Virus record (IMG/VR): IMGVR_UViG_3300045988_151782
Location: 1-39,874 of that record
Length of the DNA stretch: 39,874 nucleotides
Reading direction: 5' to 3' (one strand)
Source: a virus
Shown here: in pieces, positions 8,838 to 15,700 of the stretch
How the letters are laid out: the number at the start of each line of letters is the position of its first letter
Position numbering within the stretch: the stretch's first letter is position 1
Notes under the pieces: model-generated
Seen by the model: the letters and a program-made list of their open reading frames with translations, nothing else
Databases searched by the model: none
What the model was told of the DNA's origin: nothing
Program-made: the position numbers and the translations under genes

Positions 8838-9307
8838 CGTCCAAAGCCCCCATATTCAATCCCGCCCCATCCCAGGGCGCTTTCGCCGCCTTCACCGCCT
8901 CCGTACACATCCTCCACGCTCTCAATCCCGGAAGACGGCAGGCGGCTTTTTGCCGCGTTCAGGTTTTCCAGATACGTCTGCCAGAAGAAATTCGCCTGGG
9001 TGGGATTTTCCTCTGTCAGCAAAAGCCCTGCAAGACCAAATGGGAGGACGTTCCGGCAGATATAGGCGTCCAGGTCCAGCTCATCCTCCAAGCTGGAAAC
9101 GCTTGGAAGAAATGGGCGCTCCGAAGAGCCGTCCTCCACGCTCGGATAGGTCCCGCTGTACGGATAGACCTGGTCCAGCAGCGTGTTGATGATATTGGGT
9201 GTCCGCAAAGCGTACTCCTTCGTGTCCGCCGTGGTGGTGGAACCAGTGCTCTCGTTCTGGGCATCCATCAGGTGAATCGCCTGATCAAAGACGTTTTGTA
9301 CAATCAT
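8831..9307 (-). CDS. Hypothetical head-module protein
   Basis: 158-aa ORF in the packaging/head operon that ends in TAG. Confidence 0.6.
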   Translation of the reverse strand: MIVQNVFDQAIHLMDAQNESTGSTTTADTKEYALRTPNIINTLLDQVYPYSGTYPSVEDGSSERPFLPSVSSLEDELDLDAYICRNVLPFGLAGLLLTEENPTQANFFWQTYLENLNAAKSRLPSSGIESVEDVYGGGEGGESALGWGGIEYGGFGRW

Positions 9308-9529
9308 CTACCGCCCTCCATCCTGTCCGGGGACCTGGAATGACAGCAAATTCTGAATGCCCTCCTCCATCGCTTTGGAGAGACGGTTCTCTTCCTCCCC
9401 CTGCGGTTCCGCCGGCGTGGGATTGCCGCTCTGCTGGGATTCGTTTTTCTTCCCTGCGGTCCAGGCCCCGACAATGACTCCGGCCATTGTCAAAAGTCCG
9501 CCGGCTGCAAAACAGATCAAAAGCTCCAT
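9308..9529 (-). CDS. Small membrane protein
   Basis: 73 aa with an N-terminal hydrophobic helix MELLICFAAGGLLTMAGVIVGAW. The ATG overlaps the terS stop. Its TAG stop abuts the next ATG in the same frame. Confidence 0.55.
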   Translation of the reverse strand: MELLICFAAGGLLTMAGVIVGAWTAGKKNESQQSGNPTPAEPQGEEENRLSKAMEEGIQNLLSFQVPGQDGGR

Positions 9530-9945
9530 CAGGCAAAATCACTCTCTTCCATGTTTTTCCCCATCTTCACGTTTACGTTCAGATCGCTTTTTGCCTCAAT
9601 CTTGTCCTGGTAACCGCCGAATTTCTCCTGCTTCAGCAGGAAAATGCGGTAAGACACCATCTGCCTGTCGCTGTACCGCGGGTCAGAGGCAATCTGCTCC
9701 GCGATTCTGGTATAGGCCATCCGGATGGTTTCCTGCAAATGCTCGCTTCTGCGCCCTCTCCACCAATCGTCCAAGGTGCTGACGGCAGTTCCAAGAAACA
9801 CAGCCATTCCAGCCTCTGTGTACAGCTTTCCCTCCTCATCGCACTGGGAAAAATACCGCTCTAGACGCTCCTGCAGCTCTTCCGCCGTCTTAAATTTCGC
9901 GGCGGTGCTGTGCCGCTGCTTTCCGTTCTCCGGTTTCTTTGCCAT
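9529..9945 (-). CDS. terS: Terminase small subunit
   Basis: MAKKPENGKQRHSTAAKFKTAEELQERLERYFSQCDEEGKLYTEAGMAVFLG... is a typical terS HTH N-terminus. I prefer the ATG at 9945 over the GTG at 10050 because the extra 35 aa look non-protein-like. Confidence 0.75.
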   Translation of the reverse strand: MAKKPENGKQRHSTAAKFKTAEELQERLERYFSQCDEEGKLYTEAGMAVFLGTAVSTLDDWWRGRRSEHLQETIRMAYTRIAEQIASDPRYSDRQMVSYRIFLLKQEKFGGYQDKIEAKSDLNVNVKMGKNMEESDFA

Positions 9946-10088
9946 CGCACTCGCCGCCTTTCGTTTGTTGGAGCCGCCCCCGTCTCGCGCAACTGCGGGG
10001 CGGCATATCCCCCTTTGCGGGGGAGCTGTGAGTTTTTCGGCTTTTCTCACTTGCCTTTCGCCAAGAAATTCTGTAAGGACTTGCGCCC

Positions 10089-10162
10089 TGGCACGGGTGG
10101 AAGGCTCTGTTCCCCCAACCTCCGGTTTTGGAGACCGGCGCTCTCCATTGAGCTACACCCGT
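10089..10162 (-). tRNA. tRNA-Trp (anticodon CCA) with encoded CCA end and non-canonical T-arm
   Basis: Minus strand folds as ACGGGTG-TA-GCTC-AATGGA-GAGC-G-CCGGT-CTCCAAA-ACCGG-AGGTT-GGGGG-AACAGAG-CCTTC-CACCCGT-G-CCA. The acceptor, D and anticodon stems are perfect. The T-stem has two G-U pairs and the T-loop lacks TTC. Confidence 0.7.
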
Positions 10163-10796
10163 ATATGTGCGCTTCTCGCTTAAATTGTCACACGCCGCAT
10201 ATCGGCCCCGATTACGGAACTCTGGCGCAGTTTTCAGCGGGCATTGTCATTCTCTCTGAGGACTTGCGCTACGCTCAGATCATCCGGGAGCGACCCGGCC
10301 TCTGGTGGAACATCGCGGCCCTGCCCCGCTTTAGCACTTAGGGCAACGTGCCCTTCGCTTGCTGTGACCTCCCCATTTTGGGGGTGCCTATGTTCCGCAT
10401 GCCCCCGTCTTTCCGGGGTGTCAGCCACAGGAGGTGGGTGGCATTGATGGGAGATTTGGAACAAGTCTAGCCCTGTTCCTACAAAAAGCATGACAGCCAT
10501 TTCATGAATAGTCAAGACCTGTTTTTGTTTTTCTTCACAAAAATTGTCTCCCGTTTTTGCTGCATATCCTCCCCTTTTTCCGACGGGGTTGTGAAGAGCG
10601 TGGGGAATGTGTGTGATATAACCTATCCCGTTTTCCACAAGCGCCCCCTGTTTTTCCGGCACCCCCAGGGGACTCTCACACTCTGTCATCCAGCCAACCT
10701 CCATCCTCGCCCAGGACCACCCACCGCCGCACCCAGCCCCGGGAGGAGTACGATCAGCGCGCCGCAGCGGGCGGTAATACACACTACATACACAGA
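10163..10796 (-). ncRNA. Candidate large structured non-coding RNA (ROOL/GOLLD-like context); strand assumed from the adjacent tRNA
   Basis: About 630 nt without a credible ORF; the only long ORF (10234-10806) has non-protein-like composition. The region holds many short GC hairpins (for example CCCCA-TTT-TGGGG and CCCCG-TCTTTC-CGGGG). It abuts the 5' side of a phage tRNA. Confidence 0.35.
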
Positions 10797-10868
10797 AACG
10801 GCTCAAAGCGTTGAAACATCAAACAAAGCATTTAATGCCATCTTAAAATTCAACGTCCTTGAGCCGTT
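10797..10868. terminator. Long imperfect hairpin, possible terminator of the RHH gene
   Basis: AACGGCTCAAAGCGTTGAA ... TTCAACGTCCTTGAGCCGTT with a ~32-nt loop, and T-rich sequence after it on both strands. Confidence 0.45.
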
Positions 10869-11006
10869 TTGCTGATATCCGGATTTCTCTTGTTTTCTCG
10901 CAATCTTTCGGTTTTTCATGCACTTGCTATTTTTTTAATCATAGGCAGTCCGCATTTTATCAGAAAACCATATCACCAACAACCATACGCATGAATCACT
11001 CTTTCT

Positions 11007-11100
11007 CCCCCTTATTCCCCCCTCTTTCTTTCCCCCTTAAACCCCCTATCTATTACCCCCTATTATCCCCCATAACACCGCCAACACCGCCAACGCCGCC
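11007..11100 (-). repeat. G-tract array plus tandem 9-mers
   Basis: The minus strand has three 9-mers GGCGG(C/T)GTT, then six G5-6 runs separated by 5-9 A/T-rich nt (GGGGGATAATAGGGGGTAATAGATAGGGGGTTTAAGGGGGAAAGAAAGAGGGGGGAATAAGGGGG). Confidence 0.8.
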
Positions 11101-11108
11101 GCCAGAAA

Positions 11109-11306
11109 TCATCCATAAAATTCACGGCGAATCAGATCAAGAATCCAGCCGTTGACGCTTTTCCCGTCAGCTTTGGCCGCGTCCTCAATCTGCGGCTTGA
11201 CATCGACCGGCACAACCAGGGAAATCCGTGCGTAACGGTCCTTGTTGGCCTCATCCCATTTCCTGTTTGCCTGTTTCTTTGCCTCTGTATATCGCTGCTT
11301 TGCCAT
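11109..11306 (-). CDS. Ribbon-helix-helix (Arc/CopG-like) DNA-binding protein
   Basis: 65 aa: ...RYARISLVVPVDVKPQIEDAAKADGKSVNGWILDLIRREF. The SD GGAGGTGA precedes the ATG. Confidence 0.7.
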   Translation of the reverse strand: MAKQRYTEAKKQANRKWDEANKDRYARISLVVPVDVKPQIEDAAKADGKSVNGWILDLIRREFYG

Positions 11307-11499
11307 GCGCTCACCTCCAACTCATACACTTATTATATCCATATGTGTACACCAGCACAAGTGTACAATCTGCACAAAACAAACGACAAACCTTGGTACA
11401 GTTTTTTTCCTGCATCCCACTTGACAAATACACTTACACAAGTGTATGATTACATCATCCAAGGCAACCACGACAACCATCAAACAGGAGGTTATAACC
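11307..11499. promoter_or_regulatory. Divergent promoter/operator region
   Basis: Plus strand: TTGACA (11421-11426), 18 nt, TATGAT (11445-11450). Minus strand: TTGTGC, 17 nt, TATAAT upstream of the RHH gene. GTGTA(C/T)(A/G) motifs repeat at 11345, 11361 and 11442. Confidence 0.5.
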
Positions 11500-11790
11500 A
11501 TGACAACGTATTTTATGAACTGCAAAAATCTGGATGAGCTAAAAAAGGCATATAAAGCCGCCGCGATGAAATATCACCCGGACATGGGCGGCGATACGGC
11601 CACCATGCAGGCAATCAATGCAGAGTATGAAGCCCGTTTCGAGGTATTGAAGCGGTCCCAAAACGAGCAAGCTGCAGAGGATGCCACCGGACAGACAAAG
11701 GCCACGACGGAGAGCGCAGGCGACTTCATCGCCATTGTCTCCGCGCTGCTGAAATTGGACGGCCTGGAAATCGAGCTTTGCGGCCGGTAG
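11500..11790 (+). CDS. J-domain (DnaJ-like) protein, truncated by an in-frame TAG
   Basis: SD AGGAGG lies 8 nt before the ATG. The J-domain signature is LKKAYKAAAMKYHPDMGGD. The ORF stops at TAG 11788-11790 in the middle of a conserved block. Confidence 0.8.
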   Translation: MTTYFMNCKNLDELKKAYKAAAMKYHPDMGGDTATMQAINAEYEARFEVLKRSQNEQAAEDATGQTKATTESAGDFIAIVSALLKLDGLEIELCGR

Positions 11791-12003
11791 CTGTGGATTG
11801 GAGGAGAGACCCGGAAGCATAAGGATGCATTGAAGGCTGCCGGCTGCCGCTGGTCCAGTCAGAAAAAGCTCTGGTCCTGGCACTATGCAGAAGACGGCAG
11901 CCATTGGCACCGCGGAAGCAAATCTATGGCACAGATTCGCAGCAAGTACGGCTCCACCAGCTTCACCCGCGGCGGCGCTGGCTCCGATGCCCTTCCTGCC
12001 TGA
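11791..12003 (+). other. In-frame continuation of the J-domain gene after the TAG
   Basis: Same frame, no further stop until TGA 12001-12003. It encodes LWIGGETRKHKDALKAAGCRWSSQKKLWSWH...SMAQIRSKYGSTSF, the conserved C-terminal half of this phage protein family as I remember it. Confidence 0.6.
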
Positions 12004-12037
12004 CGGGGAAGGGCCTGCGATAAGAGGAGGTTCCATC

Positions 12038-12493
12038 ATGAGCTATGAACATCTCTTCCAACGTTACGGCAGTCCCAGCGATGAAGCGGATATTCGGCTG
12101 ACCGGGTATCTGCTCCGGCCGGACAAGCTGAAAGAATACCAGATCAAACGGAATGATGAGACTGCCGCCCGGCTAATACTGGAGTGTGAGCGGACCGCGG
12201 AAACCCTTCGGGAGTACCGCCAAGCTCTGGCTTCCAGGTACGCCGCTCTGAACACGATGCCATATCAGGAGCGGCTTGAGATAGAACGGTACCGGTCTTA
12301 CCGTGGAAATCTGGTGACGTATTACGTTCGTATCGTCAGAACTTACGAAGATGGGACTCAAGCAAAAACGCTTTCAGAAACATACCCAGGGAAAGAGCGC
12401 AGGAAAGCCATATCCAGGTTTGAAGAACTAAAACGCCAGCGCCCCGGCATTGAAGTGCTGGAGGACATTTCTCCTCAGTCTTGGGAGAAGTAA
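12038..12493 (+). CDS. Hypothetical protein
   Basis: 151 aa, starting MSYEHLFQRYG, with GAGGAGG 7 nt upstream. Confidence 0.65.
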   Translation: MSYEHLFQRYGSPSDEADIRLTGYLLRPDKLKEYQIKRNDETAARLILECERTAETLREYRQALASRYAALNTMPYQERLEIERYRSYRGNLVTYYVRIVRTYEDGTQAKTLSETYPGKERRKAISRFEELKRQRPGIEVLEDISPQSWEK

Positions 12494-12496
12494 AAG

Positions 12497-12523
12497 AAAA
12501 CCGCCCTGCCGGGCGGTTTTCTT
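12497..12523 (+). terminator. Rho-independent terminator
   Basis: AAAA-CCGCCC-TGCC-GGGCGG-TTTTCTT, directly after the TAA at 12491. Confidence 0.8.
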
Positions 12524-12576
12524 AATTCACATACAATACACAGTATAGTAATAGACCACTTGAAACATAAAGAAAA

Positions 12577-12631
12577 AATCTTAAAAAAATAGATATTTTT
12601 TATTGACCACTAGCAAAAAGTGTTATATGAT
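12577..12631 (+). promoter_or_regulatory. Repressor-gene promoter with upstream operator-like palindrome
   Basis: AATCTTAAAAAAATAGATA (12577-12595), then TTGACC (12603-12608), 17 nt, TATGAT (12626-12631). Confidence 0.55.
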
Positions 12632-12658
12632 ACTATTGAACCCAGAAAGGAGGAAAGC

Positions 12659-13468
12659 GTGAAATTCAGAATAAGAGAGGCGCGTGAGCGCGCTGGTTAT
12701 TCCCAAAAGGAACTTGCTGAAATAATAGGTGTTGCTCAAAACACGTTTCATGGTTATGAGAGCGGGAAGCATGACCCTAAGTCAGAATTACTATCTAAAA
12801 TTGCAACAGCATGTAACGTCACAGTTGATTTCCTGCTTGGTAGAGATACAGAACATCCTTCGGTTATACAAGTGGACTTTGGGCATGGGGAGATGGGCGC
12901 AAAAAAGGCCCCGCCCTTGTCGGGCGAGGCGATGAGGCTTGCAAAGGATTATGACAGCCTGGACCGCTGGGGGAGGCAGGCGCTGCGAGAGCTGGCGGAG
13001 ACGGAGCTCCAGCGGATGGAGGATGAGAAACGCTTTCAGGAGGAGGCAGAGGAGCCGGAAACACCACCTGTTATCAACCTGTTTATCAATCCCTCCGCCG
13101 CCGGCCCTGCCCTGGGCGAGACCGGACAGAGCTGCGAGCCTTACGAACTGAAACCGGAGGACCCCAGAGGTGCCTCCTATGCCATTCGGGTACAGGGAAA
13201 CAGCATGGAACCGGACTTCCCGGATGAGTCGATCGTGTTTGTCAATCATGATGAAATGCGGGATGGGGACATCGGCGTTTTCTGCGTGGATGGAGCTACC
13301 GTCATCAAGCAGTGGCACTATGACCGCATGTTGGGGATTACCTACCTCTTCAGCCTGAATCGGAAACGGTCGGACGCTGACTTGGTGATCACCGCCAGCA
13401 GCGGAAGGTCCCTGGTCTGGCAGGGGCGGGTCATGACCAAAAAGAGATATCCCCTTCCGGGGAGATAA
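12659..13468 (+). CDS. CI/LexA-type repressor (XRE HTH plus S24 peptidase domain)
   Basis: GTG start 5 nt after AAAGGAGGA; the track start at 12620 lies inside the predicted promoter. HTH: YSQKELAEIIGVAQNTFHGYESGKHDP. S24 motifs: VQGNSMEPDF and ATVIKQW. Confidence 0.85.
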   Translation: MKFRIREARERAGYSQKELAEIIGVAQNTFHGYESGKHDPKSELLSKIATACNVTVDFLLGRDTEHPSVIQVDFGHGEMGAKKAPPLSGEAMRLAKDYDSLDRWGRQALRELAETELQRMEDEKRFQEEAEEPETPPVINLFINPSAAGPALGETGQSCEPYELKPEDPRGASYAIRVQGNSMEPDFPDESIVFVNHDEMRDGDIGVFCVDGATVIKQWHYDRMLGITYLFSLNRKRSDADLVITASSGRSLVWQGRVMTKKRYPLPGR

Positions 13469-13503
13469 AAAAGCCGCCGGAGGGCGGCGAGGAGGAAGAT
13501 CAT

Positions 13504-13743
13504 ATGAACTACGAAGAAAAAATGATATCCATGCTGGAAGAAATCAATCAACGTCTGGTAAGTGTTGAAGTCGCGCAGGAGAACATCTTAATCCCCCAAA
13601 TTCAAGCGTTAGCCGAGGGCCAGAAAACCATTCTCGAGACTTTGGCCCCAAAGAGCAGGGTGGAGGCGCTGGAGGAGGAAGTCGAGCTTCGCATCATCAA
13701 GATGCGTACCAACCAGATCAATGATTTGAAAAAGGCGCAATAA
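13504..13743 (+). CDS. Small coiled-coil protein
   Basis: 79 aa, GAGGAGGA upstream, located between the repressor and the integrase. Confidence 0.6.
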   Translation: MNYEEKMISMLEEINQRLVSVEVAQENILIPQIQALAEGQKTILETLAPKSRVEALEEEVELRIIKMRTNQINDLKKAQ

Positions 13744-13865
13744 AATGCCGCTCCGGCGCTGCAAACACCGGAGCGGATCGATCCAAACCACCCAGCAACC
13801 ACGACGAAGCGGGAGGTCTCAGGCACAGTATAGCATGGACCTCCGGAAAAAACAAGGAGGTAACG

Positions 13866-14939
13866 ATGGCAAAGCAAAAATATTACCAGCGGCCCGACGG
13901 ACTCTATGAGTCCATCCGGAAAATCAACGGCAGACGGGTGGCCTTTCGGGGCAAGACCTGCAGGGAGGTGGACCGGAAGATCCTGGCGTATCAGGAACAG
14001 GCGCAGGCCGGGAGGCCATTCCCGGTGGTGGCGGCGCAATGGCAGCGGGAACACGACAAGACGGTGTCCCTCAGCACGCAAATGGTGTACGGATATGCCG
14101 TAAAACGGCTTTGCGCGGCATTTCCAAAGAGCATTCGGGACGTCAAGCCTCTGGACGTGAAACGGTATCTCAACGACTTGGAGAGAGCTGGTTACAGTGC
14201 GCAAACGGTACAGACTGACTTGAGCGTATGCAAGATGATCTGTTCCTACGCCGTCATTTCCGGCGATATCGACGTGTCCCCGGCTACGGAGATACGCAAG
14301 AGCCGGGGGCTTCCGGTAAAACGCCGGGAAGCGCTGACGGAGGAACAGGAGGCCATTGTCAAGCGGGTATCTGCAGAGAGAAAAGCTCACTTTTGGCTGT
14401 TCGGCTGTCTGTTGCTCTACACCGGGATGCGGCGGGGAGAAGCCCTGGCGCTGACCTATGGAGACATTGACCGCAAGGCCGGCGTCATCCATGTGACCAA
14501 AAAGCTCTCCTATGCGACGGGGCAGGTGCCGGTGCTGGAGGACCACCTCAAAAGCGAGAACGGCCGGCGGGACATCCCCCTGCTTCCGCCCCTGGCTGCG
14601 GCGCTGCCGCGAAACCGGGCGGGGCTGATCTTCCCGGGAGAGGACGGGGGCTTTATGCGCTCCTCGGAAATCACAAAAAACTGGCGGCGGTACTGCCGAG
14701 ACGCGGGTCTTTTCGCTGCAGAGCGGGCCAGCAACGGCGAAACCGTGGAGACGTTCCACATTACTCCGCATTGTTTCCGGCACTCTATGGCCACGATCTG
14801 CTATGAGGCTGGATTGGACCCCAGGCAGACGGCCCGGATTCTGGGGGATGCGGTGGAGACTGTGGAGGGGGTTTACACCCACCTTAGACAACAGCGCCAA
14901 AAAAGCGCGGCGGAAATCCTGGCGGAATACTGCAAGTAA
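13866..14939 (+). CDS. int: Tyrosine integrase
   Basis: AAGGAGG SD. Motifs: YTGMRRGEAL (Arg), HCFRHSMAT (HxxR), VYTHL (catalytic Tyr). Confidence 0.9.
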   Translation: MAKQKYYQRPDGLYESIRKINGRRVAFRGKTCREVDRKILAYQEQAQAGRPFPVVAAQWQREHDKTVSLSTQMVYGYAVKRLCAAFPKSIRDVKPLDVKRYLNDLERAGYSAQTVQTDLSVCKMICSYAVISGDIDVSPATEIRKSRGLPVKRREALTEEQEAIVKRVSAERKAHFWLFGCLLLYTGMRRGEALALTYGDIDRKAGVIHVTKKLSYATGQVPVLEDHLKSENGRRDIPLLPPLAAALPRNRAGLIFPGEDGGFMRSSEITKNWRRYCRDAGLFAAERASNGETVETFHITPHCFRHSMATICYEAGLDPRQTARILGDAVETVEGVYTHLRQQRQKSAAEILAEYCK

Positions 14940-15120
14940 GCTGCTGTGTATTTTCTGTGTATTTGTACGCGATAAATGATACCAGATTGCGCAGGTTTGT
15001 GCTTGAAATAAAATGAGGTTGCGGCCTTGAAATATGGTGTAAACGTTGGCGGATAAGCATGGGATAGATATAGGGGGATATTTACACACCGTTTTTCTAG
15101 AAATATTTTGCATGGCGCGC
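14940..15120. other. Candidate attP region
   Basis: Non-coding and directly downstream of int. It has the tandem 11-mer CTGTGTATTT(T/G) at 14945-14966 and CTTGAAATA at 15002 and 15026. The core site was not identified. Confidence 0.35.
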
Positions 15121-15180
15121 CTTGACAAAATCTAAAAAATAGATTATATTTTAGATAACTTCTAGAAAATAGATTTTTAG
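15095..15180 (+). promoter_or_regulatory. Early promoter with operators
   Basis: TTGACA (15122-15127), 17 nt, TATATT (15145-15150). The palindrome AATCTAAAAAATAGATT (15129-15145) lies in the spacer. TTCTAGAAA occurs at 15095 and 15160, and AAATAGATTTT at 15167-15177. Confidence 0.55.
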
Positions 15181-15191
15181 GGGGTGAATTT

Positions 15192-15446
15192 ATGAAATCC
15201 GACTTGGCGCCAATTACACACTTGGAATACACAAAAGCGATGCTGTCTGGCCTCTTGAACTTTTGCTACAGGAGCGGATTTGCAGACGGCGGCGCATGCC
15301 CGGATTGTGAATTGTGTCAAACGGACATGGACCGAATCCACTGTCGGTGCTGCTACGCCAGTGTTTTAAAAACCGCAATCCAGGCAGTGGACGAGAAAAT
15401 GGAAAGGGAAGGCGTTAAGCCTCCCCCTTCAGCGCGACAGCCCTGA
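15192..15446 (+). CDS. Cysteine-rich hypothetical protein
   Basis: 84 aa with the SD GGGGGTGA; contains CPDCELC and CRCC. Confidence 0.5.
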   Translation: MKSDLAPITHLEYTKAMLSGLLNFCYRSGFADGGACPDCELCQTDMDRIHCRCCYASVLKTAIQAVDEKMEREGVKPPPSARQP

Positions 15447-15630
15447 CTTGCCCCATGCAGGTGATACAGGGTTCGCCTCCCTGTAGATCATCGCATCCGT
15501 TGCATTGTGCGTCAACTGTTTTTCTGTCTTTTATGAGAAGCCGCACATAACAACGCCGCTCCATCCCAGCCGGGTCTCGTTTGCATGGAACAAGAAAAGA
15601 CTTCTCAACGATTTCGTACTCTTTGTCCAT
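15415..15630 (-). CDS. Cysteine-rich hypothetical protein
   Basis: 71 aa with GGAAAGGTG upstream. It is divergent from the HTH gene at 15701 and its 3' end overlaps the previous ORF by 32 nt. Confidence 0.45.
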   Translation of the reverse strand: MDKEYEIVEKSFLVPCKRDPAGMERRCYVRLLIKDRKTVDAQCNGCDDLQGGEPCITCMGQVRAVALKGEA

Positions 15631-15700
15631 GTGGCCACACCTTTCCTAAAGTTGGGAAAATTATACCACAAATACGTAATTTCTGCAACGAGGAGGAACC

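Noticed and set aside
10089-10162. The idea that the phage tRNA is an amber suppressor that explains the in-frame TAG codons.
   Set aside because: The anticodon loop reads CTCCAAA, so the anticodon is CCA (Trp, UGG). Reading UAG would need a central C-A mismatch. I saw no CUA-anticodon tRNA.
10234-10806. 190-aa minus-strand ORF, and 10504-10875 on the plus strand, in the long intergenic region.
   Set aside because: The composition is non-protein-like (runs of R, G, P, H) and there is no SD. The ORFs overlap dense hairpins. I treated the region as non-coding.
10859-11155. 98-aa plus-strand proline-rich ORF (…PPLFPPLSFPLKPPIYYPLLSPITPPTPPTPPPE…).
   Set aside because: It is a translation artefact of the C-tract/G-tract array. 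It has no SD and overlaps the RHH gene on the opposite strand.
11346-11357. Exact 12-mer TGTACACCAGCA shared between the RHH/J-domain promoter region and 17069-17080.
   Set aside because: Dozens of exact 12-mer repeats are expected by chance in 40 kb on both strands. It is suggestive only because both copies lie near putative promoters.
12620-12658. The track start (GTG 12620) for the repressor gene, and the start at 35083 for the RHH gene.
   Set aside because: Both lie within or upstream of the predicted promoter -10 elements and lack an SD. The downstream starts at 12659 and 35110 have good SD sequences.
13602-15128. 508-aa minus-strand ORF covering the integrase region. Similar long ORFs are 6400-7791 (+), 28527-30266 (+), 35587-36300 (-) and 3441-4295 (+).
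   Set aside because: They are antisense to well-supported genes (integrase, capsid, giant protein, antirepressor). They are R/P/G/H-rich and lack SD sequences. Such shadow ORFs are typical of GC-rich DNA.
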